From: Tubiluchus corallicola
Taxonomy: Eukaryota > Animalia > Priapulida
Direction: 5' to 3'
DNA: 64,000 nucleotides
Assembly (NCBI GenBank): GCA_030141605.1
Contig: JAQGDQ010000443.1
Span: 124,001-188,000 of the forward strand
Position 1 is the first letter of the stretch, and every line of letters starts with the position of its first letter. Made by a program: the position numbers and the translations under genes. The notes below the pieces were generated by a model. It was not told the DNA's origin. It did no database searches and saw only the letters and a list, made by a program, of their open reading frames with translations. Of this stretch, positions 26,770-40,000 are shown in pieces.

Positions 26770-29700
26770 TGTTGTTGTTGTTGTTGTTTTGACGTTGTTG
26801 CATTGTAACATATCGTGTGATACTACAAACCCGCAATTAATTCAATTTTGAAACTAAGCTTTAAAAAATAGGAAATGTGAAAAAACGAGAACACAATCTA
26901 TATTTGAACCAGTATCCTTTTGCTTCAAATGCCATAACCGTTTGACTACTGTGTTCTCCGGCAATCTAGACAGTCCAAAGTTCAACGTGCTGTCATGTTC
27001 ACTCCTTGAACACGGTAGGTCATGGCGTCTGTCTAGCAACCAGAAAAACCTTGATTCAAGTCCAGGCTGTGTTCAAGAGCACATTCCAGCTTGTCAAAAT
27101 TTTATTTCAAAATTTAATTAATTGCGAGTTTGTACCGCCCTTAATACCAATCTTGAGAATAAGATTATTAAGAATTAACTGCACCGCGTAGTTTAGGCAG
27201 CTAAAATACATAGCAACATCAACGTGTAAAATATAATGTTATATCTAACTTACAAGCACGGTAACTCACTGTAAATGGAATCATGTCAAGTGAACCTGTT
27301 AACTTGATACGATTATGAATGTAGAACTGGCTATTCATGGAAGCAGTTAGCACTCAGACAAAGCTGCGGGATATAATTTCACTTCCTAACATCTCACATT
27401 CAGCTGACAAGAAAGCCATTCTACCAAATTATCTAAAACCATCTTATCCGTGATGGCTGAAACGTGCAAAACGAACAGAAATTCTGTCATCTTGATATTC
27501 TGTCATAATGTGAATGGCTACGAATAGTACAGAGACAAAAAACGACTATTTTTGCACGTAAAGAAAAACTAATACATGTTAACAACTGCTAATGACAAAT
27601 TTCAAAAGATTTACAAGCACAATCACTTGTACAATCACTAAAGCTCATAGTGCTAACCTGCATTCCTCTAACTTCAAGGTTTTGTTAACTCGTAAGTAGC
27701 GCAGAACGTGAATGCACTTGGCAAGACTACGTTAGAAGTATGAAAAAATTTTGAAACCTCGACTGGGTTTCGAGCGAAATCCACGACCCTCTCCTTTAAG
27801 ACAGTTATACTAACCGTGTCCTCGACACCCGACCGTATAAGCCACTACAGGCCTATCATTGTAGCTTTACTTAATGTAGTTCTCTTTGTATAAAGAAGTT
27901 CGTTAACGCTCCAAAATTTCGAATGACAAAAAACCTAAGTTCCATTAGGTAAGACCAGGTGACGTGCAAAATATGTCTGCTTATAAATTTGCAGGAATTA
28001 GATAAGACCAGGTGATGTGCAAAATGTGTCTACTTATAAATTTGCAGGTATAGACACTTTTTATCGCATTTAAAAAGTATTAATGGGCATCAATAACAGT
28101 TCGGTCATTAAATACTCGAGAATATCGTATGTCTCAAGAGATCAAGCCTTATCTAATTTGCAAATGGGAAAAGCTAGTCATCAATTAATCCAGTGTGATT
28201 ATCCCTTGGTGTATCATATTTTCTTATACGAATGAAATCCGTAGAGACAGATTCAAAAACTTCCAGAGTCAGGTAAAACATTCACATTACGGGTATTAAA
28301 TAATTAATGTACATTATTGTGATGTCTACGTATACAAGTGCAGAAATCTCTTTCTCTGCCGTGACTAAAACCTTCCAAGAAAATTTGAATTCGCCTGGTG
28401 ATAAAGGTATTTTTATAACTTGACTTCTGCGAATTCCATTTTTCAAATCTTTGCTTACAACAATCTAATATTTCACATTGAAAATGATATTAAGTGATGC
28501 GTGGTTTTATGGCTCAATTCACGGGCATATTAATGACTTTTGCTTAATTGAAAAACAAACCACGATGTGCATTCATTAGTTACAGTTTATCACAACAAAA
28601 TTAACGAAAAGCTCATTAGTCACGATGTTTTAATTTATTTGATAATAAAAATGGATATTATATTATTTCTTGTTATTAATTTCAGAAATTAGTAATTGTA
28701 CAAACACTATATTAGTATTGAATACTAACCTTCAAAATAACCTGGCCTCTTTTATCCAAATGGAAACTACCTATTTCAGTGAGAACTTCTGCACAACGCG
28801 GACTTACGTGAATCCGTAGAGCTAAAATAAAAAAAATTGTTTTCATCTTTTTCCATGTTTCATTTTAATCATTTATGATAATTTAAAAAATAAATTAATC
28901 AAAAAATCTATAAAAATGGCATGAATCACATGAAATGTGTTTAGTAGACACTTTTGTTGTGGGTTAGCCTTGATCGCAGTTAACAGCAGTTAACAATTAA
29001 TAGCTGAATTTAAGAGAAATGGCGTCAACTACAGTCTTGCGAATAATCGTTTTCATTTATTCCAAATATTTAGGTTGCAATATGTCAAAACTAGTCAACA
29101 CAATTTGTTTCCTAGTCCAAAACGAAGTACAATAATAAAAAGTTATGTTTCTTGTATGCCAAAATCACAGAGGCACCTCAGATGTCTCTGCTTGCCTCTT
29201 TTTAACAGTCAGTAGTTCCGCTCTCTGCCTCACCTCCTCTTTTTTCTAATTTCTACAATATAACATTAAATTAAGTGCAAAAAACCTAGGTGAATGATTT
29301 AACCAGTTATAATGCTTTTACCAGCCTTCGTACTATGTTTAACATAAACAAAGAAGTATTCGTTGTTATCCCACAGAAAAAAGCTTGAACACAAAACTAA
29401 AATTTATAAGATTGCAGAAAAAATTTATAACCCTATAACAACATCTATGTGTGGTAAAGTGGGTAAAAAGTGGAAAGATGCGTAATTGTCATATGAAGGG
29501 ATTTTCAAAACTTTAACTTAAATTTTGCTGATTGATGCCGTTTATTGTTATCGGTCATCCTAATGTGTGAAGTTAAGTTCACGATGAATTAAACAAAAAT
29601 GCTAAGCAGTTCGTAATTCTCCATTATATTTATCGTATAAGAGGTCAACCTTTTTCATCTCTGCCTTCCAACCTGTAGTAATATGAAGCTATAATGTAAC

Positions 29701-30989
29701 ATATATGGCTTCGCTATCAGAGGTTTCTGACTGGCTTTGAACAGTAATTATATAACGTATTATGCGTTGTTGTCGTGTGCGTATTGAAGCTTTTATTGTG
29801 CTTTATATATGTATTGTATTCCCCACAGCAGAATATAGCTGTAACAGTACAAACATGAGTTATGTTGAAATGGCGTGATATTAATACGGTACGTGTGCTT
29901 CCTTACTATCTTCATCACCTTTATATAATTATCGAAAATAACATTTTTCTCGAAATGTTGCTATATTATTAAGAGCGGCAGAGTAGACCCTCCCATTAAT
30001 ACTGTTAAAGTATTGAAAGAGTTGATTCTTGGTCGCCAGTCCTGGCAATTCAAATAGAATTACACCAAGTTTTCATTGAAAGCTGACGGTCCTGCTTTTA
30101 AATTGAACCAGCCATTCTCAAAATATTTGGCTAATAAAGCTTTTGAGAGTAATGACAACTGATAATTTATGTTATTGAATTTTGTGATGTTCATAATGAT
30201 GTTCATTATTGAAACATTTTTGGTTCATAATATTTTTTTATTTATTATTATTTTCGTTTTTTTGTTTCATTTCTTTTTGTTTATTGTTATCATTATTATT
30301 ATTTATATTATTATTCCGACAATCCTGATTTGAAAGCTCATCGCCGTCTAAACAACTTAAACACATCAATTTACAGTACACACTTCAGATTAATTAATGG
30401 CATTTATAATAACAGTTTGTTGTTGTAATTGACGTCATACTAATGATGATTTTCACCTTGGGACGCCAGTCTCTCAGTTACAAGTCTGTATCATATAAAT
30501 AAGTAATCTCTTCACTCTTATTATTTATTATGCAAACACCAAGGTGTGAGTTTTATGGCTGATGCTGCTTAACTATTGATACAATGTATAACAGGTTTGA
30601 ACTTTAGCTGAACTGTGTTCTAAAAACCACTCTAAGAAGTTGTTCTAGTAAATGGGGCGACCACATTCAATCTCTTAGTATGAACCTAACAATGTATTGC
30701 CATCTAAACACTAGCTAACATCTGAAAGACGGCTCAAGACAAATAAGAGTGATTACTGGTTATTACATAATATAATACTTATATATACTTATATACTTAT
30801 ACATAATATAATGTTATTACATAATATAATATAATGTAATATAATATAATATAATATAATATAATATAATATAATATAATATAATATAATATAATATAAT
30901 ATAATATAATATAATATAATATAATATAATATAATATAATATAATATAATATAATATAATATAATATAATATAATATAATATAATATAT

Positions 30990-31039
<50 letters not shown>

Positions 31040-34000
31040 ATATAATATAATATAATATAATATAATATAATATAATATAATATAATATAATATAATATAA
31101 TATAATATAATATAATATAATATAATATAATATAATATAATATAATATAATATAATATAATATAATATAATATAATATAATATTAATAAGATCCCTTACT
31201 CAGCGAATGTTTAAACCAGAAAACAACGCTATCAAAGTTTTGTAATAATTGCGATAACTATTGCGATAATTGGAAACAATTAAAGGCAGAAAAATAAACA
31301 ATAGGCAGCCAACTGCTGCAGATCAACTTTGCAATTTATTACTACAGCTGCACAAATTAAAACATAATTATTTTTTCTGCAACATAACGACTGCATAGAT
31401 ATTAGATTCATTTATAGCACTGAGAAGAAGTAGAGAAAAATACGACTTAGTTGGGATATAAACTTACATTAATGTGTCAAGCACGGCTAACAAATCAACA
31501 CGTATTAGACCTAGGTGGTTGCCACGATGATTTTCATTAAGAGATGATTGGATAGTAACAAATCCGTGTTGCTATGATGATTTTCGTTAAAGATGTTGGA
31601 TAGTAACAAAGCTGTGTTGCCACGATGGTTTTCATTTCTTCATTTACGGAATCACGCGAATCACTAGTCACGGAACGTTAGTCGGAAGTGGTGCTGACAA
31701 GCCTACATTAAATGGTGTCTTTACCTGTCTTGAGGGCTGATTTCCTTTAATTTAGCTGCCAAGTGTGTACAACAGAAGTAATAGACGTTTGATGACGCTG
31801 ACGATGATGATGACATGATTTTGTTTACGTCTTTATCTTCCTACTTTCTGCAATGCACCAAGTGCTTCTACCTCTAAGGATTAGTACTGAAGAGTTTGAA
31901 TCATTCTGTTGGTTTCTGGTTGGTTCTATTGCTTACTGAAGTGAAATATGATTGAATAAACGCCAGTCTTGTTAAAAAGATAATTATTTCTTATTAAATA
32001 AATCCGTGGTTTAAGTCATAGTTTAAAAACAAATTTGCGCCGCCTTTTCGCTTTTTTGTTCTTAACAGAATGTGTTGTAAATTTTATAACATTTTTTTTT
32101 ACAACAAAAAATTAATAAAAAAGGAATTATGAATTTAGTAAAACGATTTCAGACTCCAAGATTTTGTTGAGCAGCTACACGTTCAATGTTTTCGTAACTC
32201 TATTCAAAATGAAGGAGCAACTGTTTGCTTACACGTTCTGTCGTACACGTATACATCGTTAATAGCAAAAAATGGCACATAGAAAAGAAAACAAATGGTT
32301 TCACTGGTTTGTATCTTATTAGCAGCACGTTTTTTCTGCAATTTACAGCAAACATTCTGAAGAATTTGATAACAAGAGACCTATCAGTTTAAAATATATC
32401 TCAGCTACGTAAATAACAGGTGCACGGTGCTCAGATGAGCGAGGAACATAATCACTTGTTTAAATAATTATTTATGGCATAGTTTACAGCGCGAATTTTA
32501 ATACATTCCCGGTAGCCGTCGCATCTTACACTATGCCTATTCATCCCCATTGCCGGACTTCAACAAAACTTTTTTTAGATTAATATAAGTATGTGATTGC
32601 ATTATGTAAGTAATTCTAGTTTAACGATAACCCTGGTCTATCTAGCCCCCCCCCCCCTTAGACCCACGTTGCAAAAAATCTCAACAACAACAGTCTAAGA
32701 CAAAATTTGCTCGCACACTGCAACTTTGTATAAAGCAATCGGCATCATGAGTAACTCATTAAATAGTTATTAGATGACATGTGATAAAACTGGCTGCTTT
32801 AATGATCTCATTTAGTTTTGTGCGATGCAAATGTTTATACCAAGCCCACACACGCCAGCAGGATGAGTTTAATAACGTCTGTGTGCGACAAAAATTGGTA
32901 AAACGCCTGTCACCAAACCCGCAGACGATCAGTAATCATAATTACTCAACAGCATTGTGTTTTTTATTAATATATTTGTAGCTAATGTGCAGGATCAGCA
33001 GTTAATTTCAGCACTTAATAATTTATCTCTCCTTACATCAAACATTAATGCAGGCCTACAGTCAAGGGTACGATAGTACAAATTCTGTGAGAACTATGGT
33101 TGTTATGCATTTGCTTGTTATTGTTTGTATTTTTGTTGTCTGCTGTGCAATAAAATCTTCTTAGATATGCTAGTTGTTTAAAATCGCAGCCTAAGTTCCT
33201 AATAATCAGTTCATAAAGAATGCCAGGACATAGATCAAAAAGCTATGACAATTTAAGCTAAACTAAAACCAGGTTTTACTGAGTCACGGAAAATAACCAA
33301 AATACGATCTTAACAAAACTCAACACTTCTCAAAGCGAAAACTAACAAAAGAAATCGCACGATCTATATTGACAATACTCTTCCAGATCAAGGCTCAGTC
33401 AGTGAGTTTAACTAGTATTGTATCCTTGGCCTTTTATAACTAAGTACAACGTACATAAAGGGTTTCCTTATAGTTAACGTTATAATTACAGCTGAATAAA
33501 AAGGGCCAATCAAAAACTATACTAATCTATGGAAATTTAGACCAAACTGCTAAGTCTGGGTGATGCATATTCTCACTTTCTTTCTTGGCTACTCCCTTTC
33601 AAAAAGAAGTTTCCTAAGTCAGGTTTCAAAAATGCCTCATATTTAATTTTGCCTAATTGATCAAAAATGAAATAAATTGTAAAACTGAAGATCAATGGAC
33701 AAACCTAAGCCACTAGATTCCATTCTGGATGAGTAATTAACCGTGTCACCGAATAAGCAGTATCGCGGCATTGTCAGGCCCACAACTCCAGCCACCACGG
33801 GTCCTGAAAGAACATTTATAAAACTCGTGAAAACATTTTGAGTATGTCTAAAACACATAGTATATATAATAGGATCAGAGTTGCTTGTGGGTTGTTATCT
33901 GGATCTTCATTATTCTTCGTGGCTCTTTTATTCATTATATATATATATATATTAATTCTTTATTTGTCATAAAAATGGTTCACTCATTATAATAAAATTG

Positions 34001-37000
34001 AGTAAGCCTCAGCGTAATGTTAAAATAACAACACTGTTCAAGAAAAACATTGACTTGATGAATGATGACTCCTTTGCTTGATTTATTAGTTTGTTTATTT
34101 CATTCATTACATTGGAGTTCGCATTCGTTTGCTTGTTGGTAGGCCAGTCAGTTAGTCCGCTGGTGATTTGGCTTGTTAGTCTGTCTGTCTATTATTCAAT
34201 TTACTTACTTCTTTGTTCACCTTTTTCGTTTGTGTTTGCATTTCGCCACTTTATATCAATTGGTTGCACATCACGTTAAGTGAACAATTAAACTTGATTT
34301 TTTATGTATTCGATTTTATAAAGTTGAATAACTTACTTTCTTATAATCAGGTTAAAACTTAATTAACGGCGGGCAAGCCTAGTGATAACGTCATAAGTGA
34401 ACATAATTTGCAAAAGCACACTTATTCCACGGGCGTGTTCCTACTGAATTACAAAAAAAACCTGGCAAATTTTAAGTTTAAAATTCAAATTTCAAGTTTA
34501 CCGCTGTATTCACGTATGAGCTCTCGAACGTGTGTACTAAGTCACAGCTGAACACCTCTAAACTGAGATGTACAGCACCTTCTTTTTGTGCAACGTGTTT
34601 CCGAGTTGTAGGCGTCAGTGCTTGTCCAACTAGCGAATGGAAAAATGCATGTAACAGTGAACAACCACCAACCGCAAAATTACGTTTCTGTGGTCGATAA
34701 TAATTCTTTCACGTGAAAGTGCGTTTAAGGTTTCCTTTAAGGATTCACAGCAGCATTTTAATTGTTATTCAAATCTGTACAGTGCAATAGTCTTGCAAAA
34801 TATCGGTAAAATTAGTAAAAAGTTCTTTAAATTGACCAATAAAACCCGTATTTTACATGCGGCTATGGGCAGTAAAATTAATTGAGAAAATAAAAATAAA
34901 AGTTACCCTACAAGTTTACATTGGATTTGAAACATTAAAGATTTTACTGCAAGTTTCTGGTGGAACATTAGCAAAAATTTATGGACCAGTGCAAATGTTG
35001 CATAGTAACGAAATAAGCTAGTAAAGTCACATTCCTATCTTTCAAGACTAAGTTATAGAAAAATCACGACGATAGTCTTTATTAAACAATTCCAAGTCTA
35101 TAATGGTGCGTTCAGTCGTTGTGACTTCTCTCTCAACTTGTTGCGCAACTTTTCTCTCAGAGAAGTCGACAAGCCCTTCACACGTTGCAACCAGTTGCGA
35201 GAGAAGTTGTCAAACCGTTCACACGTTGCAACTTTACTCTCAGAAAGAAGTTGCGCAACAAGTTGCGAGACAAGTCTATACGTCTGAACGTGCCATAAGA
35301 TAACGCCAATTGAACGTCAACCACTATAGCTGTTGCGGATTTTTTCGCAACGAAATGCTTAATGATTTTGGTCATTCATCAAGTGGACAAAAGTAAGAGT
35401 AAGTTACCCAATCCATCTTCGAAAAGTTAAGTGTTTCACATTTAAAAACCACAAATGCCAGTACTTTCAATAAAATAGGGTGTAAACTTGACCAGGCTAA
35501 ATAAATGTACAGGATCTGTAGATGTGTATGTGATTATGAGAGAAGCAACTTCCTAATCGCATCATCAGTAATGAAAATCAAGGGTAAGCTAAATAAGCCT
35601 TGGGTCTCGCAAGTTACTGTTATCGTTATTGTTATCGTCATTATTGTCGTTACTATTATCGTTACAGTTATTGTTATCATTACCACTATCATTATTAAAG
35701 GTATTGGGATTTGGTACAGCTTCAATAGATCTTGTGAATTACAAAGATACAAAGTGTCTTTTTTATTTGCTAGTCATTTATATAAGAATAGGCCATTAAA
35801 ACTTCGAGAAAATAATCTCATTTTCACTAATCTTCTTGTCTTCCTAATCAAAAAATGACTGACAACAACCTTTTAAAAATATTTTCCACTTCAAGAATTT
35901 TCCACATTCTATACTAGTCACCCAGCTGTGACTAGTATAATAGAATTCTATTACGCTACTATGATTTTACCAATTACTTTATTCGTGGTTTCCTAAGTAT
36001 GTAATCTAAATATGTGATTAAGTAATGATTAGTGTTGATTGGTGATAAATGGCACTTACCTCCTTTTATTTGCCTAATGTGACTTGCAGTTTTTGTTCTT
36101 GTACACCAACCAACATTTTTATTATGTCCGTCTCATAAACATTGTACTAAAACTAGTGTGTACAGGGTGGTGCATAACATATTCTTGGGGGAGGTCAAAA
36201 ATAAGGTGTGTAGGTAACTTATTCTGTCAAAGTATTGCAGAATCAATCAAGATTGTATCGCGTCCTAAAGGTTATTGTGGAAGCCTCGCGCAATATGGAA
36301 TCTTGAGCGGAATGATTGCAGCAACGACTCGAAGAACTCATCATTTAACACATTTTGCATATGTTTCACGAGCTTATCTTAGTGTCACAGTGATCGGGGT
36401 ACAACTGTAAATGTAATAATAACGAATACATGTCAGAGGGTACAAAAGAAAAAAGTGACTTCAATTTTAAAGGAAAGACCAAGCCTTCTAGGAAGTTAGT
36501 CTGATTTAAATGTTTGCGAAAAATGTTAGAAAAATTTATCAATCTTGACAAGCACCTCGTGTGAGTAGTAAAATCACTTGATAGTCACGATCTTTTCACG
36601 CTTGGGCGCTTTCATTTTGAACGTAGTTTTGAGTTCGATACCAACAGCTGCCAATGTCAGGGCCTATACCCTATATGTTATTTGCGTATTGTGTTATTAT
36701 CTGAATTGTTGTAAATGTAAGTTGCTAAATAGCCTTTACTGCTAATGTTGTCTGTTAAACAAATAAATCTTGCCTTTGTCTTTTTTACAATTATCAAAAT
36801 ACATTATGATTTACAACTGCTGTACTGGCAAACAGCAACATCTGACAAACAAAAAGGAAGCCAGTTGATGCTTTTTTACAACGTCTGAGTGGTTTACTTA
36901 ACTTCTCATTAATCACAGCCTAACTGAGTCAAATCTTAATTCAGCCTTGAAAGAGATAGGACTAAGCAGCAATTTATAAAATTTAGCCACTTCTAATAAC

Positions 37001-40000
37001 AATAATTTCTGGACGCGACGAACTGTCACGCTTGTTAGATGCTTGCATGTCATCATTATTTATCCATGAAATGTAAATTACTGACACGCTTGTTGTTTAG
37101 TTGCCAAGTTGGGAAGAAAACACAGCAGTACATTGAGCGGTCAGTCTGTGGGGGATTATGCTGCGTTGATACATTTAGCAAAGAGTGAAGAAATTCCTAA
37201 GCACATAAAAGACTAATGAAATGGTTTTGTTCACCCACTCTTTGTTTTTTCAAATAATAATAAATTTATTTATGAATATAATTACAATACAATACAATGC
37301 AATACAAGACAAGACAATACAATATACAATGCAAATATGTTTAGCATCATTCTTCTCAGATCCAGGTTATGAAGGTGCATGTGAACGCAATACCAGTTTG
37401 AAAAACACAAAAACTTGGATGCACTTGATTATAGATTAGTTTAATAACCTTCTGAACTATCTTGTTATGCAAACCCAAGCTTTACTACAAACAGTAGAAC
37501 CAATGATAAGGTTACTTTGCCTTACCTGAGTGAATTCCAATCCTTAGCTGCAGCAGCCTAGTAGGTCGATGTCTTATTCTAAACGTTGTTGTTGAGCTAA
37601 GTAACTCCAAGGCCATAGAAGCGATTTCTGCTGCATGTCTGTTGCCATTCTTCACTGGTAAACCGCTCACTACCATATAAGCATCTCCTATTGTTTCTAC
37701 CTGTACGTGCGACATAATTATATCAAAATAAATCTTAAAAATTTAGTCCACTAAACGGCCACATTGCATAGCCCAGAAATATTTATTCAACTTATGAACC
37801 ATAATTACAGTTCTGTCATTATATGTTTGAAACATCTACTACCTATTATTATTATTCATAAGTTGAATAACTAATTCGAATTTAATGTGATCTGTTTCTG
37901 TGATCATTTGAGTGGCTATTTTTCTAATCAATTTGAAATACCTAAGTGACAAGCAAATGAAACTCCATAATATAGAGGTTCTGCGGGGGAACCTTTTCCT
38001 GGAAAGGGAAAACTGTAATTTAATGCTTTTTTCATGAATCTTTTTAATGAATCTCAGCCTAACAACCATTTTTTTGTTTCTTTCTTCAAATGGGCTTTAC
38101 AAGTTACGCAATCCGTCACTCAACTATAAATACTAAGCAAATGTAGGTGGCTAACTATCTACTATTTATCGTTTATTTTGATTGGTTTGTATTTGTATTT
38201 GTATTTTTAGCCGACTGAATACTAAACAGCTAAGTAATTATATAGCTCCAATAAGTTGATCTCCCCTTTTCAACTGAATATGTAAATTACTCTTATTCCC
38301 ATGTCAACATAGAGTTACTGGCACACAGCAACTACAACCTGTTACCTTGTAAACATCGCAGGACTCTAATATCGTGTCAAAACAAGTATATAAATCATTG
38401 AGAAAGTCTACAACCTGAAACAGAATGAGAAACACGCTAATAAATTAGTGAAGAATACAAGCGAAGCCAAGACCTGAATAAATCTTTGAAGAGAAAACAT
38501 TAAGAAACAAAAACCTACATAAATCATTGCTCAAACTATACAGTTTGAAATCGTTTGGTGAAAAATTATGTTAACAAACTATTATTTTTAAAATGAAAGC
38601 AATCTGTCAGATGTCGACTGAACAAGGTTGACTAGGCGGCTCGTTACTCAAAATAGGATAGAACGAGCGCTAGTCGATTGTGAGACTCTCAAAAGGGGTA
38701 ACTGGCGACCGAAAGACAATGTCGTCCAAAACGGTGATCCAATTTGGTAAGACCAAAATGATCGTCCGTTTATTGGGAGACCAGAAAATGTCGACCAAGT
38801 GTTCAAATAATTAATTAGAGTACTATATCCATAACAAGTCTGCATAACTTTGTATTGAGTAATACGGTACATGTATACGTCATAATCAATTTGTTTATTG
38901 TAAATATGTTACCCAAGATAAAAGACGTTGCATACTTAATTTTATGACGGTGACTGTGTTTGTTATGTGAATGAATTTATAGCAGGATAAAATTTCATGT
39001 TCTGCTTGGAAGATAAGCAAATTCTACAACCTGCCACCTCGTAAAAAGGCTAATAAATTTTAGTGAAAGTTACTTTCCTATTTCTTCTGCTTTCTTCCTT
39101 CCCTTGCTTCCCTTCTTTCTTTTCTTTTCCTTTACACTCATTTCCTCTCTTCTCTTTCCTGCTCCCCTCCCCTTTCCTTTCCTTTCCTCTCCTCTCTTCT
39201 TGCTTGTTTAGTAGGGGCACTTGCAACACCATCAATCTAGCCAACTCCTGACACCAATGTGCTGCCAAGACTTACAGCACAAGGCTAGGAGATCCGGGAG
39301 TTCAGATCGGTACGCATCATACAGCAGCTACCGACGCCAAGTAATCTGGAAGACGCTTCCCGAGCTTAATGAATTAATCAAAATCAATATTTACGCCACA
39401 TTCGATAGCAGATAAAAAGCTTCAAAATGCGAAAAGATGACTTAACCTATTCCATACTAGCCTAATTTATTTATTTATAGAGGAAGAAAATGATTTTAGC
39501 CTACCCAAACTATTCAAGACATCTAATGAAACCTATTAAACTAAAAACAATGGCCTGTTAAGTTATTTTAGCAAAGCTGCAAACAGAATACACCATTTTT
39601 CTTAAACAAAAGTAGATGATTACATACGATGATGGTGACATTAGGCCCAGTTTCAGCACCCAGAACTCAGGTAACTTTCCTATTTTATACATTGTCCAGG
39701 AGACTACTCTACGCTTTTGGTCGATTTGGTATTGATGGGCCGCTAATATCATACTTTACCCACCGAATCAATTGCTTGTAATTCTTTCCTTAAGGAATAA
39801 ATTGACCGCATTCTATATCCTGATTCTAATTTTATTTTAGATCATGATAGGACTTTTATCACAAAACATGAGAATATCATTCTCTTGTGGTTTAATTAAG
39901 ATGTCATAATTTTTGCTAAGTGTAGTTTAGACATTTACTAGATAATAAAGTTTGATGAATAAATCTTAATGATATTATCGGAAGTGCGTTAGCGCATTAT

